Virus record (IMG/VR): IMGVR_UViG_3300044972_002389 | Location: 62,001-126,000 of that record | Length of the DNA: 64,000 nt | Strand: one strand, 5' to 3' | In this document: positions 36,087 to 46,500 of the stretch, piece by piece | Layout of the letters: each line of letters begins with the position of its first letter | How positions within the stretch are numbered: the stretch's first letter is position 1 | The notes under the pieces: model-generated | Database searches by the model: none | The model's input: the letters and a program-made list of their open reading frames with translations, nothing else | What the model was told of the DNA's origin: nothing | Translations under genes and position numbers: made by a program

Positions 36087-37301
36087 ATGGCTAAGGCAGC
36101 TCAAGAGAAAATCCAGACAATCACTACTGTCAGTCCCAGCAAGCTGAAGGTGATGATCGATCACGTGACGCGTAGGAAGCGACCTCTCTTCATCGCCGGC
36201 CCTCCTGGCATTGGCAAGAGTGACATTGTTGCAGAGGTTGCTCGTGCTCAGAAGCGCCCACTGATTGACATTCGACTTCCCCTACTTGAGGCCACTGACA
36301 TTCGAGGCATTCCGCACCTCGCAGAAGTGACTATCCGCGATGCAGAAGGCAACGTGGTAAAGAATGAGCACAACGTTCCACTGACAGAGAAGATTTTCAA
36401 GTGGAGCAACCCTACCGATCTGCCCACTGATCCCAACAGCCGCGCAATGGTGTTTTTTGATGAGATGAGCGCAGCACCACCCTCTGTGCAGGCTGCCACA
36501 TATCAGCTGATCCTGAACCGGCGCATTGGCAGTTACCAGCTGCCTGATGATGCAGTGATGGTTGCTGCTGGTAACCGAGTGCGTGACAAGGGTGTGGCCT
36601 ACAACATGCCAACTCCGCTGGCAAATCGCTTCATCCATGCAACGCTGGCTGTGGACTTTGATGACTGGCAGGAATGGGCTATGATGAATCGCATCCACGA
36701 GCATGTGGTGGGTTACCTCAGCTATCAGCCCAATGATCTCTTTGACTTTGATCCCCGTCGCGAAAGCTATGCGTTTGCTACCCCACGTAGCTGGAGCTTT
36801 GTCAGCGAACTGCTGTATGAGCCCCAACTGGATGGCAGCTACCGCGAGACGGATCTGCCAGCAGATGTGCTTGGCGATCTCATCAAGGGCACTGTAGGTG
36901 AGGGTCCTGCCCTGAAGTTCCTCAGCTATCGTCGACAAGCAGCTAACCTACCCCGTGCACGCGACATCCTTGATGGCACAGTCACCAAGCTGAACGTGAA
37001 GCAGATGGACATTTGCTATGCACTGACCACTGCACTGGTGTATGAGCTCACAGATGATGTCAAGAAAGCTGAGAGTAATAAGCAGAATGGTGTGAAGAAT
37101 TCGCACGATGACATGTATAAGAGCGCCGATCGCTTCTTCCAGTTCATGATGGACAACTTTGAACCGGAGATGGTTGTAATGGGTGCTCGGTCGTTTATGG
37201 CAACTACACGTGACCACCCCATCAAGCCAAATCAACTGAGTTCATGGAAAGTTTTTGTGAAACAATATTCGTCACTTATTCCGAGCATGAACGCAAACTA
37301 A
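36087..37301 (+). CDS. MoxR-family AAA+ ATPase
   Basis: Walker A GPPGIGKS, Walker B VFFDE, sensor AAGNR, PLANRF and ATPRSW. Confidence 0.92.
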   Translation: MAKAAQEKIQTITTVSPSKLKVMIDHVTRRKRPLFIAGPPGIGKSDIVAEVARAQKRPLIDIRLPLLEATDIRGIPHLAEVTIRDAEGNVVKNEHNVPLTEKIFKWSNPTDLPTDPNSRAMVFFDEMSAAPPSVQAATYQLILNRRIGSYQLPDDAVMVAAGNRVRDKGVAYNMPTPLANRFIHATLAVDFDDWQEWAMMNRIHEHVVGYLSYQPNDLFDFDPRRESYAFATPRSWSFVSELLYEPQLDGSYRETDLPADVLGDLIKGTVGEGPALKFLSYRRQAANLPRARDILDGTVTKLNVKQMDICYALTTALVYELTDDVKKAESNKQNGVKNSHDDMYKSADRFFQFMMDNFEPEMVVMGARSFMATTRDHPIKPNQLSSWKVFVKQYSSLIPSMNAN

Positions 37302-37321
37302 ACTCAGCTACTAGAGTTACC

Positions 37322-37368
37322 AAGAACAAGGGTGCAGCGTTGTGGAGCACTGCACCTTTGTTCTTTTT
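37322..37368. terminator. Bidirectional hairpin terminator
   Basis: AAGAACAA-G-GGTGCAG pairs with CTGCACC-T-TTGTTCTT, then T-run; between convergent units. Confidence 0.75.
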
Positions 37369-37509
37369 AGCTACTGCGTTCCTTTCATATGCACTAGCAA
37401 GGTTGCGATCCTCAAAAGGATTTATGATACCTCAAGCCAAATCAACTTTCTACGTGTAAGGTTGTTTGTGAATCAGTCTTCCCCGCGTGCACGTCTATAG
37501 CACCATAGG

Positions 37510-37542
37510 TGAAAACGGAGGACAATATGCCCTCCGTTTTCA
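37510..37542 (-). terminator. Hairpin at the end of the minus-strand fibre/glycan operon
   Basis: TGAAAACGGAGG (37510-21) and CCTCCGTTTTCA (37531-42), 12-bp perfect stem just past the stop at 37562. Confidence 0.7.
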
Positions 37543-37561
37543 TGTTTTTGCATAACTTAAA

Positions 37562-37870
37562 TTATCCGTTCAAAATGGTCTTGATACGTGTAATGAGATC
37601 TTCGTTGCGCCAAGTGTCCCTTATAGCATCATACGCATCATTGTCCCACACTGTAATCCCTCGACGACTGCTTCCTCTTGTTTGCGTGCTGCCATCTGGT
37701 CTTGTGTCAGTAACAAATGGCCCAAGCTCAATCTCAGCCCGCACAGAACGGTTCACAATGCTTTCATAAATTTCAGCAATAACAAACTCATTTGTTACTA
37801 CTCTTTCACTTAAAACAATTTCAGTAGTTATTGTTTGTGGATCAATAATTGATCCCACTGTCTCACTCAT
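37562..37870 (-). CDS. Small late protein (possibly fibre-associated)
   Basis: aaggag SD and exact TATAAATA at 37895-37902 on the minus strand. Confidence 0.7.
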   Translation of the reverse strand: MSETVGSIIDPQTITTEIVLSERVVTNEFVIAEIYESIVNRSVRAEIELGPFVTDTRPDGSTQTRGSSRRGITVWDNDAYDAIRDTWRNEDLITRIKTILNG

Positions 37871-37894
37871 GTTTTTTTCTCCTTGGATATAACA

Positions 37895-37902
37895 TATTTA
37901 TA
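37895..37902 (-). promoter_or_regulatory. T4-type late promoter TATAAATA (minus strand)
   Basis: tatttata on the plus strand. Confidence 0.7.
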
Positions 37903-38773
37903 TAACTTTATTGAACTCTAGTGCAGTTAGCAAGGATTTTATTATGTCGTTGAAACGGCATTCGTTAAGTAACCCGTGTAATTGATATTTTTCAATAATA
38001 GATGTTGGTTGTCCTGAACTCATACACAAGTCGTGTAAATCTTCTCCCCATTTCTCAATAAAAGTTTGCATATACAACCGGTTACGCAGTTGAGTTTCAG
38101 CTAAGGTTTCCGCCCCGTTCCAACTACTGCAACCGTTGAAGTGTAGCAAATAACTGCTGCAATATTTGATTTCAAAGCCTTTTTGAAGTAGGCGCAATCT
38201 ATAGTCCACATCTTCACCTCCCATGTTGAACGCTTCATCAAAGCCTCCAACTTCTTGGTAAATTAGACGTGGAATTCTACATACATAGGTGGGCATGAGA
38301 AGGCGCTCAAAAGGTGCTGGTGACCGTGCAGCATGTGTGTGAGCAGCTACATTCAAATGTAGAAATCTACCACCAAATTGCTGTAGATTTAAGGTAGGGT
38401 CAAAGCCATAAAAATGAGTTTGATTACAACTGGGAATGCTCACTGTCCTGTCATTTATCACTAGACGGGTAGCCCACTTGGGGGTAAAAACAACATCATT
38501 GCTGAGGAAAACTAAATCTGCATATTGTTCATCAGCCCATCTCAGCAATTGATTGATATTTGTGCTAAAATTCTGAGGGTTTGAATTCACATATACTAGG
38601 TTGGGATCAAAACAGTCCAAATGCCAGTTTTTAGTCCATTCTCCGTCGTTGTCAATCAACACAAACCTATCTTCTGCAGATAATTTTGTGTGTTTGAAAA
38701 AACTTGTAAGGGCTACATGTGTATATTGGTTGCTGCTTGCAACAGTTATCATCCCATATAAGGTGCCTGCCAT
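37898..38773 (-). CDS. GT2-family glycosyltransferase
   Basis: VLIDND, NFSTNINQ, VFLSNDVVF, VGGFDEAF..GGEDVDY.LR, LHF. Confidence 0.85.
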   Translation of the reverse strand: MAGTLYGMITVASSNQYTHVALTSFFKHTKLSAEDRFVLIDNDGEWTKNWHLDCFDPNLVYVNSNPQNFSTNINQLLRWADEQYADLVFLSNDVVFTPKWATRLVINDRTVSIPSCNQTHFYGFDPTLNLQQFGGRFLHLNVAAHTHAARSPAPFERLLMPTYVCRIPRLIYQEVGGFDEAFNMGGEDVDYRLRLLQKGFEIKYCSSYLLHFNGCSSWNGAETLAETQLRNRLYMQTFIEKWGEDLHDLCMSSGQPTSIIEKYQLHGLLNECRFNDIIKSLLTALEFNKVI

Positions 38774-38779
38774 TTATAA

Positions 38780-39216
38780 TTGCTTTCTTGTAGGTGTATG
38801 AAACTTCCAGTGTTGCATACTTTTGTTAAAAGATCTGCTATATGCGTGAATCTAGAGGATATTTTGTAATTCTAAGCTGTTTCATTACCAAAAAATCATA
38901 AGGTAATTACAGATCCTACAACACAGTCGTCAAGTCTCTTGGAGAATTGGTAGTAGCGACCACTTTTTTTGGACTGTATGCTATCCAATATCAAACTCAT
39001 TGTGAGTATTTGCCGGCGTCGATCTCAAGTTATTTGTGCAACCACACCAACAGGGCTGTTGATGTCTCTTATAAGGATGTGCACAAAACTATGCAAAGGA
39101 TCACTTATAGTGGCAGAGAACTTTGGATTTTGTTTAATTATGCTGTTGAGCAGTGGGCTACCTGCTCCAGGTAACGCACTGCTCAAGTGAAACTCTTTTA
39201 AATTTACTGTTTGCAT
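38780..39216 (-). pseudogene. Decayed sulfotransferase gene
   Basis: FHLSSALPGAGSPLLNSIIKQNP resembles the sulfotransferase 5'-PSB loop (LPRSGSTLL...QNP); in-frame TGA at 39027-25, then DRRRQIL..ILDS remnants and further stops/frameshifts. Confidence 0.7.
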
Positions 39217-40901
39217 ACTAACATTCCCAGATCGGGAAGATACAGGTAGTGGATATCACAGTTGAAGATTGTTATCAAGGCGTCTACCAGTGTTTCCACC
39301 AATGGCTGCCCAGCTAGATTGAAACTAGTGTTAAACAGCAACGGTGTTTCGGTTTGTTGCCGAAAAGCATCTAGCAGCTGATACAAATGCAAGTTTTGCT
39401 CGCTGGTGACAGTTTGTACTCTGCAGGTGCCATCCACATGTGTAACTGCAGGAATCAACTCTCTTTGGCTTTCCTTCACATTTACAGCATACATCATGTA
39501 AGGGCTTTCATTGAGATTGCGCATGTCAAACCAGTCATTTGCATGTTCTGCCATCACACTCGCAGCAAAAGGGCGGAACCATTCACGATTTTTAACTTGG
39601 TTAACAATATCCTTGCCGTTGGTTACTCGAGGATCAAAAAGAATGCTTCTGTTGCCTAGTGCACGAGGCCCACCTTCACTAGCGCCTTGAAACAAAGCCA
39701 CAATATTGCCTTCTGCCAGCAGTAGTGCCACTTCAGCAGGTGATGTGTCTCTCATGCTGATACCTTCAACAGAAGCAATAGTGGTTTCAATCTGATTATA
39801 GTCTGGCAACACACTCAAGTAGAGATGAGAGAGTGGTTGAGGTGTAGTATCTTGGCTCAGAACATAATAAGCATGCCGAGCTAAACCAATGGCTGTTCCA
39901 CCATCATGTGCAATGGGATCAATGTAAAACTCAATATTAGGGAAACGTTCTAGATATTTGTAGTTGGCAACACAGTTGAGTGCATAACCACCACTGATTA
40001 CAATGCGATTTTCTCCAGTAATGTCAATAGCACGCTCAATCAACTTCACCATCTGCTCTTCAGTTTCTTTCTGCACATGGTAGGCTAGATTCTTGTCTTG
40101 ATCTCGCACTAATTCAAAGTTATTATGCCAGTCACTTGGTTGTGTGTATCTACGCAAGTAAGGAAATCTATTCTCGTCAATGTGTGCGCCGGTGGGATAT
40201 CGAGGAATCAACAAGTTCTTGTTGCCTTTATTGTTGATGAAAAAGGCAGGAATGTTGCTGTCTTCTTGGCCATAAGGAGCTAGTCCCATGGTCTTCCCAG
40301 CTTCAATAGCCCCAAATCCTAAATAATCACTTACACTCTCGTATGCCTTAACAATAGTAACATTATTATCAAATTCTTGGATACCGTTGTCGTAGTAGAG
40401 GCTGGTTTCCGCACCGTCACTGTATCTTTTGTAAACTGCGTTGAACTCATGTGGATAGCTGCAATGATAGATGCTTTCAGTTTCAAAACCCCCAGTAAGT
40501 GGTAGTCCTTCTCCCATGCTTTCTTGCACATAGCTTCCGGCCCCATCTACGACCAAGGCGCATGCTGTTTCAAAACCACTGCCATAGAAGGCATTAGCTG
40601 CATGACCCAAGTGATGTAGATGGCCCATTAGGGTAACTTGCACATTAGGACTGAATTTGCGAGCTAATGCAGCATAGGCATTCTCGTTAGTCCAAGGAAG
40701 AGTAACCCAATTAGTGGTGGTCCCACCAATGATCAAGTGGTCTACCAAATGATTAGTTAGTACCCATAGCATGGCTCTAAATGGATTACCGTCATACTTT
40801 AGGCGACTCCATCGTTCTTCCTCGCTATAAAACAGCAACTTACCGTCTTCAACAAGCGCCACACTGCTGTTGTGACCGGGATTGATGGCCATTATTTTCA
40901 T
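39204..40901 (-). CDS. O-carbamoyltransferase (NodU/CmcH/TobZ family)
   Basis: GHNSS, HHLGHA..AF, VVDGAG, AGKTMGLAPYG, SGGYALNC, HDGGTAIG, E.GPRALGNRSIL, KNREWFRPFA, HVDGTCR.QTV, NTSFNLAG.PL. Confidence 0.95.
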   Translation of the reverse strand: MKIMAINPGHNSSVALVEDGKLLFYSEEERWSRLKYDGNPFRAMLWVLTNHLVDHLIIGGTTTNWVTLPWTNENAYAALARKFSPNVQVTLMGHLHHLGHAANAFYGSGFETACALVVDGAGSYVQESMGEGLPLTGGFETESIYHCSYPHEFNAVYKRYSDGAETSLYYDNGIQEFDNNVTIVKAYESVSDYLGFGAIEAGKTMGLAPYGQEDSNIPAFFINNKGNKNLLIPRYPTGAHIDENRFPYLRRYTQPSDWHNNFELVRDQDKNLAYHVQKETEEQMVKLIERAIDITGENRIVISGGYALNCVANYKYLERFPNIEFYIDPIAHDGGTAIGLARHAYYVLSQDTTPQPLSHLYLSVLPDYNQIETTIASVEGISMRDTSPAEVALLLAEGNIVALFQGASEGGPRALGNRSILFDPRVTNGKDIVNQVKNREWFRPFAASVMAEHANDWFDMRNLNESPYMMYAVNVKESQRELIPAVTHVDGTCRVQTVTSEQNLHLYQLLDAFRQQTETPLLFNTSFNLAGQPLVETLVDALITIFNCDIHYLYLPDLGMLVCKQ

Positions 40902-41833
40902 CAGCGTGTTTTCCTTTCAATATCTGCAACAATCTTTTGATAGATGTCGTCTAGTTCTTTGGTTGAGAATTTCATTGTGCCTTCATTCAGCCTATTGCTG
41001 AGATTTACGTCCAGACCAGCAATACGAATAGGACTATATTTCCTAGCAGCAGGCTTTTCAATTATTTGAAAGTAATCTGGATAGCTGGTGTTCTTGGGAA
41101 ACGTACTCCCAATAATTACTGTGCCTGGTACTCCAGAGGCTCTAGCAATATGCTGGCCTACACTGTCACATCCTACAAAATAGTCAGAGTTGGCAACTAG
41201 AGCTGACCAAACTCTTAAATCAGCAGTGTATTTGGCACTCCAGTTGTCGTCTTTCAATTGAAAGTCAGGCTCGCCAAAAAAGATCATGTTGTATTTTTGA
41301 TTAAGACGCCGGCTCAGGCTCAAATAGTCGTTTGAGCTTAAGCTTCTGCTTTCTTCGTCAATCACTGTGGCACGATCCAGTTTGGCACCACGGCCAAAGG
41401 GTTGAAATACAATAGTTTTGTTCTTTTTGCTCACACTTTTGAGATCAGCTATGGTATTCTTGGCTACTAGAGTTTCTTGTTGATTGAATGCCAAGCGTGG
41501 TGGCAATAAATCACTGTGATCTGTAGTTTGGTTGATTTCCCTGTCAAAAGCTTCAGCCAAACTTATCTCTTGCCTAAAATATGCTGGGATACGATAAGGC
41601 TCCGGGGTTACTATTTGATCAGCATTCTTGACTACGTTGTCAAAAACACCTTTTGTATCAAGATTGTAGGTGCGATCTTGCAGCTCGGGAATACCCCAGT
41701 ATAAGAAATCCCATGCCCCAACCAACACAGCCCATTCGCTGTTGGGATGCAATCGACCGTATTTGATTAATGCAGGAATAGCGGTGATTACTCTACCAGC
41801 ACCACCGTCTATCCAAAATATCTTTTTTGTCAT
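40901..41833 (-). CDS. GT9-like glycosyltransferase
   Basis: IDGGAGRVI.AIPA at the N-terminus and LRVWSALV...DYFVGCDSVGQH.A; start MTKKIF after gagg SD. Confidence 0.7.
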   Translation of the reverse strand: MTKKIFWIDGGAGRVITAIPALIKYGRLHPNSEWAVLVGAWDFLYWGIPELQDRTYNLDTKGVFDNVVKNADQIVTPEPYRIPAYFRQEISLAEAFDREINQTTDHSDLLPPRLAFNQQETLVAKNTIADLKSVSKKNKTIVFQPFGRGAKLDRATVIDEESRSLSSNDYLSLSRRLNQKYNMIFFGEPDFQLKDDNWSAKYTADLRVWSALVANSDYFVGCDSVGQHIARASGVPGTVIIGSTFPKNTSYPDYFQIIEKPAARKYSPIRIAGLDVNLSNRLNEGTMKFSTKELDDIYQKIVADIERKTR

Positions 41834-41955
41834 TCTAGTTCCTCGAAGCTTCAAGATATTATAAGGCAAATTGACTATTTTTGCCAAAATTTAAGATTCA
41901 TCTGCCTATAATAGACTAAAAAGCTGTTGAGAACTTGACCAACACTTGTAGGTAG

Positions 41956-42654
41956 TCACAATTGCCGGCCTTTTGTCTGTCCCAGCCCTGTGTACCATTG
42001 TAGGAAGTCACCCTGATATTGCTTATAGCCGCCGTGCTTGCAAGTGATTGTGGTGTCAAGATATATGGGAAATCCGCCTTCCTGAAGTTTTTCAAACATA
42101 CGTATGTCCTCACTCATAAGACCGGTGTTGGTAACTATCACATCACAGATCATTCGGCGTTGCTTCATGTCTTTGGGATCAATATAGGCTTGACTGGTGT
42201 TCCACAAATGGTTTATAGCTTGTCGACTCATGCGTGCAAATCCTGTGCCCAAGCCATCAACTTCCATCAAACCAGTTTGCGGGTCAATAGGGCGTTTAGT
42301 CATTTGTCTTACAACATATTCTGGACGATCCCCTTTTTTGGGATATGTGCCACCCACAACATCTACAGGATGATCCAGTAGTTTAAAAAACTGTTGCGGG
42401 GTCCATTCAATATCTTGATCAATCCATACGAGATCATCAACACCGATCTCATATGCTAATTGCAAGGTGTCATTTCTAGCTCTTTGAATCAATGCATCGA
42501 AGCTGACCCATAAGGGTAAAAGTTCAATGTTTCTTTTTTCAGCAGCTTTAGTAGTATAAAATAAACTGCTAGTGTAGCTGACCTCTACCTTGCCATCATA
42601 GCTAGGGGTGCCTATCATTACTCTGCGACGAGTTGATTGATTAAAATTTGCCAT
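41956..42654 (-). CDS. GT-A fold glycosyltransferase-like protein
   Basis: IGTPSY, LIQRARN, VWIDQDI (DxD), VVGGTYP, LGTGF, SEDI, CKH.G. Confidence 0.78.
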   Translation of the reverse strand: MANFNQSTRRRVMIGTPSYDGKVEVSYTSSLFYTTKAAEKRNIELLPLWVSFDALIQRARNDTLQLAYEIGVDDLVWIDQDIEWTPQQFFKLLDHPVDVVGGTYPKKGDRPEYVVRQMTKRPIDPQTGLMEVDGLGTGFARMSRQAINHLWNTSQAYIDPKDMKQRRMICDVIVTNTGLMSEDIRMFEKLQEGGFPIYLDTTITCKHGGYKQYQGDFLQWYTGLGQTKGRQL

Positions 42655-43526
42655 TCGTGTATTCTAGTGTTCCAACTGTAGAGTTTGTCAAATAATAATG
42701 CTTGATTTTGCCATTGAGGGTTATTTGAATCATATTTGCTCAATTGGTTATCAAGAGATTTAGCAAAGGCTGCTGACAATACCCGTTTGTTGGTAGTATA
42801 GTCTACAAAACAAGCACTTTCGCCAAGGGTTTCTTCAAGAGCACCAAGTCGAGTGGTGACCACCTGGCACCCAGCACTAGCAGCCTCTATTGCTGAGATG
42901 CAGCTGGTTTCTGGGAAAGTGCTGGGATATACCCATAAGTGACTGCCTTGCAATCTCTTTCTCACAGCTTGATTGAGCCCGTAACCAACATACTGGATTT
43001 GAGTGTGCTGGCGACAGCGATCAAACAAAGACTGATAGCCTCTCATGGTGCTGTCACTGAAACCTTTGCCATAGATAATGGTGCTGCTGTAAACTGTGAG
43101 ACGCCAGTTTTGATATTGCAGTTGGTCTACAGCATCCAGCAACACATCAAGTCCTCTCCAAGGAGTGCTGGTGTAGATCATTTCAATTTGCTGAGAGGCG
43201 GGTTTGAGTTGCCAATTGAAAGAGTGTATGGCATTGCGGATCACAACTGTTTTGTTTGGATCTATGCCAAAATAGTTTATCCATTTTATACGTTGCCATT
43301 CACTTACAAATATCCAGCAAGCAACAGCCTGTTGAAACTGTGGATTAGCCGCACCTTGACTGGCCTCTTGGTCGGTGTCGAGATGCTGCCAAACAACGTT
43401 CTTTTTGTTGGGATCTATTTGATGTAAGCTGCAATTGCTTACTATGAGATTCAACGATGTTGGCCAACCTCCCAGTTGTTGAGAGAGATTGGCCATCATG
43501 AGTTCAGTGCCACCGCGTGGGATCAT
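42618..43526 (-). CDS. GT-B (GT4-like) glycosyltransferase
   Basis: PRGGTE, IFVSEWQ, IRNAI, IYTSTPWRGL, YPSTFPETSCISAIEA..AG. Confidence 0.85.
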   Translation of the reverse strand: MIPRGGTELMMANLSQQLGGWPTSLNLIVSNCSLHQIDPNKKNVVWQHLDTDQEASQGAANPQFQQAVACWIFVSEWQRIKWINYFGIDPNKTVVIRNAIHSFNWQLKPASQQIEMIYTSTPWRGLDVLLDAVDQLQYQNWRLTVYSSTIIYGKGFSDSTMRGYQSLFDRCRQHTQIQYVGYGLNQAVRKRLQGSHLWVYPSTFPETSCISAIEAASAGCQVVTTRLGALEETLGESACFVDYTTNKRVLSAAFAKSLDNQLSKYDSNNPQWQNQALLFDKLYSWNTRIHEWQILINQLVAE

Positions 43527-43537
43527 AAGCCTAAAGT

Positions 43538-46500
43538 CTACACACCTTTGGCAGTGAGTGCAAGTTCAAGAGCTGTCACACGCTGATTGAGCTGATCGTT
43601 GCTTTCAGCCAACTCTTGCACAGCTCGAATCAACACAGGGAACACGTTAGCTACTGTGGCTTCAAGCTTCTCTGGGTTGTCCTCAAGCACCAAATGCAGC
43701 CAGTCTTGTAGATTATATCGATTGCTGACTTCCAGTACTTCTTGAGCAATAAATCCAGCGCTCTTGACCCCTACTCGGCTGCCATCTCTAGTATTCCATG
43801 TGAATTTTACTGGACGTAGATCACGTATCAGCTGCAATCCCAAAGGAATATCTTCGATGTCAGTTTTGTCTCTAGCATCAGACAAAGCAGTAATAGTAGT
43901 TACCTGAGCTCGCAGTGTAGTAATGCTGGAATCACCAAAAGTTATTGTGTTGTTGCTGGTTGCTGTTGCTCCACTTGCACCGCATCCCAAAAACACGTTG
44001 TTACTGCCATTTGTGTTGCTCGTACCTGCTGATCGTCCTATTGCAGTGTTGTTTGTGCCATTGGTATTCTGCTGTAGGGCAGCGCCGCCAATTGCTATGT
44101 TTGAATTGGTGGTATTGTTCCTTAGAGCACATGCCCCCAATGCAATGTTGTCACTGCCACAAAAGTTAGTGCCAAGGGCATCAAAGCCCAGGCCTATATT
44201 ATTGATACCACTTGTATTAAATTGGAGTGCCCAACAACCAACTGCAATGTTATTGCTACCAGTTGTATTGCATCGTAGAGCACAAGCACCGATAGCTGTA
44301 TTATTACTACCATTTTGGTTGCAACAAAGCGCAGCTAGGCCAAATGCCATGTTAAATAGCCCAGTGCTGCTGGTATTGGATGTGCCTATTTTATAACTGC
44401 TAGTGCAGTCCAAACACGCATATCCACAACAGCCCACAGGGTTGCCGTTTATAGCAAATCCATTCCCATCTATAGCCAGTCGCAGACAACTGCCAGCAGC
44501 AATCAGCACACAAGATACACTGCCTGCTGCTGGTGTTACATTGCCAATTACCGTGTTGTTGAACCCAGTTGTGATCAGACTTCCAGCGTTTTGGCCAATT
44601 GCTATGTTACATGTTCCAGTGGTGTTGGCAGTCAGCGCACCAATACCCAGTGCTATGTTACCAGTCCCAGTAGTATTCTGCTGTAGGGCAGCGCCGCCAA
44701 TTGCTATGTTTGAATTGGTGGTATTGTTCCTTAGAGCACATGCCCCCAATGCAATGTTGTCACAGCCACCAGGGTTAATTCCAAGGGCATCAAAGCCCAT
44801 GCCTATGTTATTGTTACCACTTGTATTAAATTGGAGTGCTAAACAACCAACTGCAATGTTGTGACACCCGCTAGTATTGCATCGTAGAGCAGACGCACCG
44901 ATAGCTGTATTGCTACAACCATTACGGTTGCAACAAAGCGCAGCTAGGCCAAATGCCATGTTAAATAGCCCAGTGCTGCTGGTATTGGATGTGCCTATTT
45001 TATAACTGCTAGTGCAGTCCAAACACGCATATCCACAACAGCCCACAGGGTTGCCGTTTATAGCAAATCCATTCCCATCTATAGCCAGTCGCAGACAACT
45101 GCCAGCAGCAATCAGCACACAAGATACACTGCCTGCTGCTGGTGTTACATTGCCAATTACCGTGTTGTTGAACCCAGTTGTGATCAGACTTCCAGCGTTT
45201 TGGCCAATTGCTATGTTACATGTTCCAGTGGTGTTGGCAGTCAGCGCACCAATACCCAGTGCTATGTTACCAGTCCCAGTAGTATTCTGCGATAGGGCAA
45301 AGTAACCAATTGCTATGTTGCAACCGGTGGTGTTTGAGCAAAGGGCCAATGCCCCCAATGCTATGTTGTCACTTCCATTCAAGTTAGTGCCTAGGGCATT
45401 AACTCCCATGCCTATGTTATTGCAACCTAGTGTGTTGAATTGAAGTGCCAAACAACCAATTGCAATATTATGAGACCCGTTCTGGTTGCATCGTAGAGCA
45501 GACGCACCGATAGCTGTATTGCTACAACCAGTTAAATTACAACAAAGCGCCCCTTGGCCAAATGCCATGTTAAATGTCCCAGCACTGCTGGACATAAATG
45601 TGCCTATTTTATAACTGGAAGTGCAGTCCAAACATGCATATCCACAGCTACCAATAGATGCTCCATTAACATAAAGCCCAGTTCCGTCTACTCGCAGTCG
45701 TTCACATGCGCCAGCACCAATCAATACAGTGCAAACCAAACCCCCGGTGCCAGACAAATTGCCAATTACCGTGTTGTTGAACCCAGTGGTTATTAGGGAG
45801 CCAGCGTTTTGGCCAATTGCTATGTTACATGTTCCAGTGGTGTTGGCAGTCAGCGCACCAATACCCAGTGCTATGTTAAATGTGCCATTGGTATTCTGCT
45901 GTAGGGCAGCGCCGCCAATTGCTATGTTTGAATTGGTAAGATTGTTCCTTAGAGCACATGCCCCCAATGCAATGTTGTCACAGCCACCAGGGTTAATGCC
46001 AAGGGCATCAAAGCCCATGCCTATGTTATTGTTACCAGTTAGGTTTAATTGGAGTGCCAAACAACCAACTGCAATGTTATTGCTACCAGCAGTATTGCAT
46101 CGTAGAGCAGACGCACCGATAGCTGTATTGCTACTACCATTACGGTTGCAACAAAGCGCACCTAGGCCAAATGCCATGTTATATAACCCAGTGCTGCTGG
46201 ACATAAATGTGCCTATTTTATAACTGCTAGTGCAGTCCAAAGACGCATATCCACAGCTACCAATAGATGCCCCATTAACATAAAGCCCACTTGAGTCTAC
46301 TTTCAGTCGTTCACAACTGCCAGCACCAATCAATACAGTGTTATTCAAACCCGTAGTGCCAGACAAATTGCCAATTATTGTGTTGTTGCACCCAGTTGTG
46401 ATCAGACTTCCAGCGAGTTGGCCAATTGCTATGTTACATGTTCCAACGGTGTTTGCACCTAGCGCACCAATACCCAGTGCTATGTTAAATGTGCCACTGC

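Noticed and set aside
37369-37509. Possible gene remnant (FEDRNLASAYER, minus strand)
   Set aside because: All frames are interrupted and the similarity is too short to support a call.
13878-39216. Stop-codon reassignment, suggested by in-frame TAA (14007) and TGA (39025)
   Set aside because: TAA, TGA and TAG all end well-supported genes here, and the sulfotransferase also has deletions and frameshifts.
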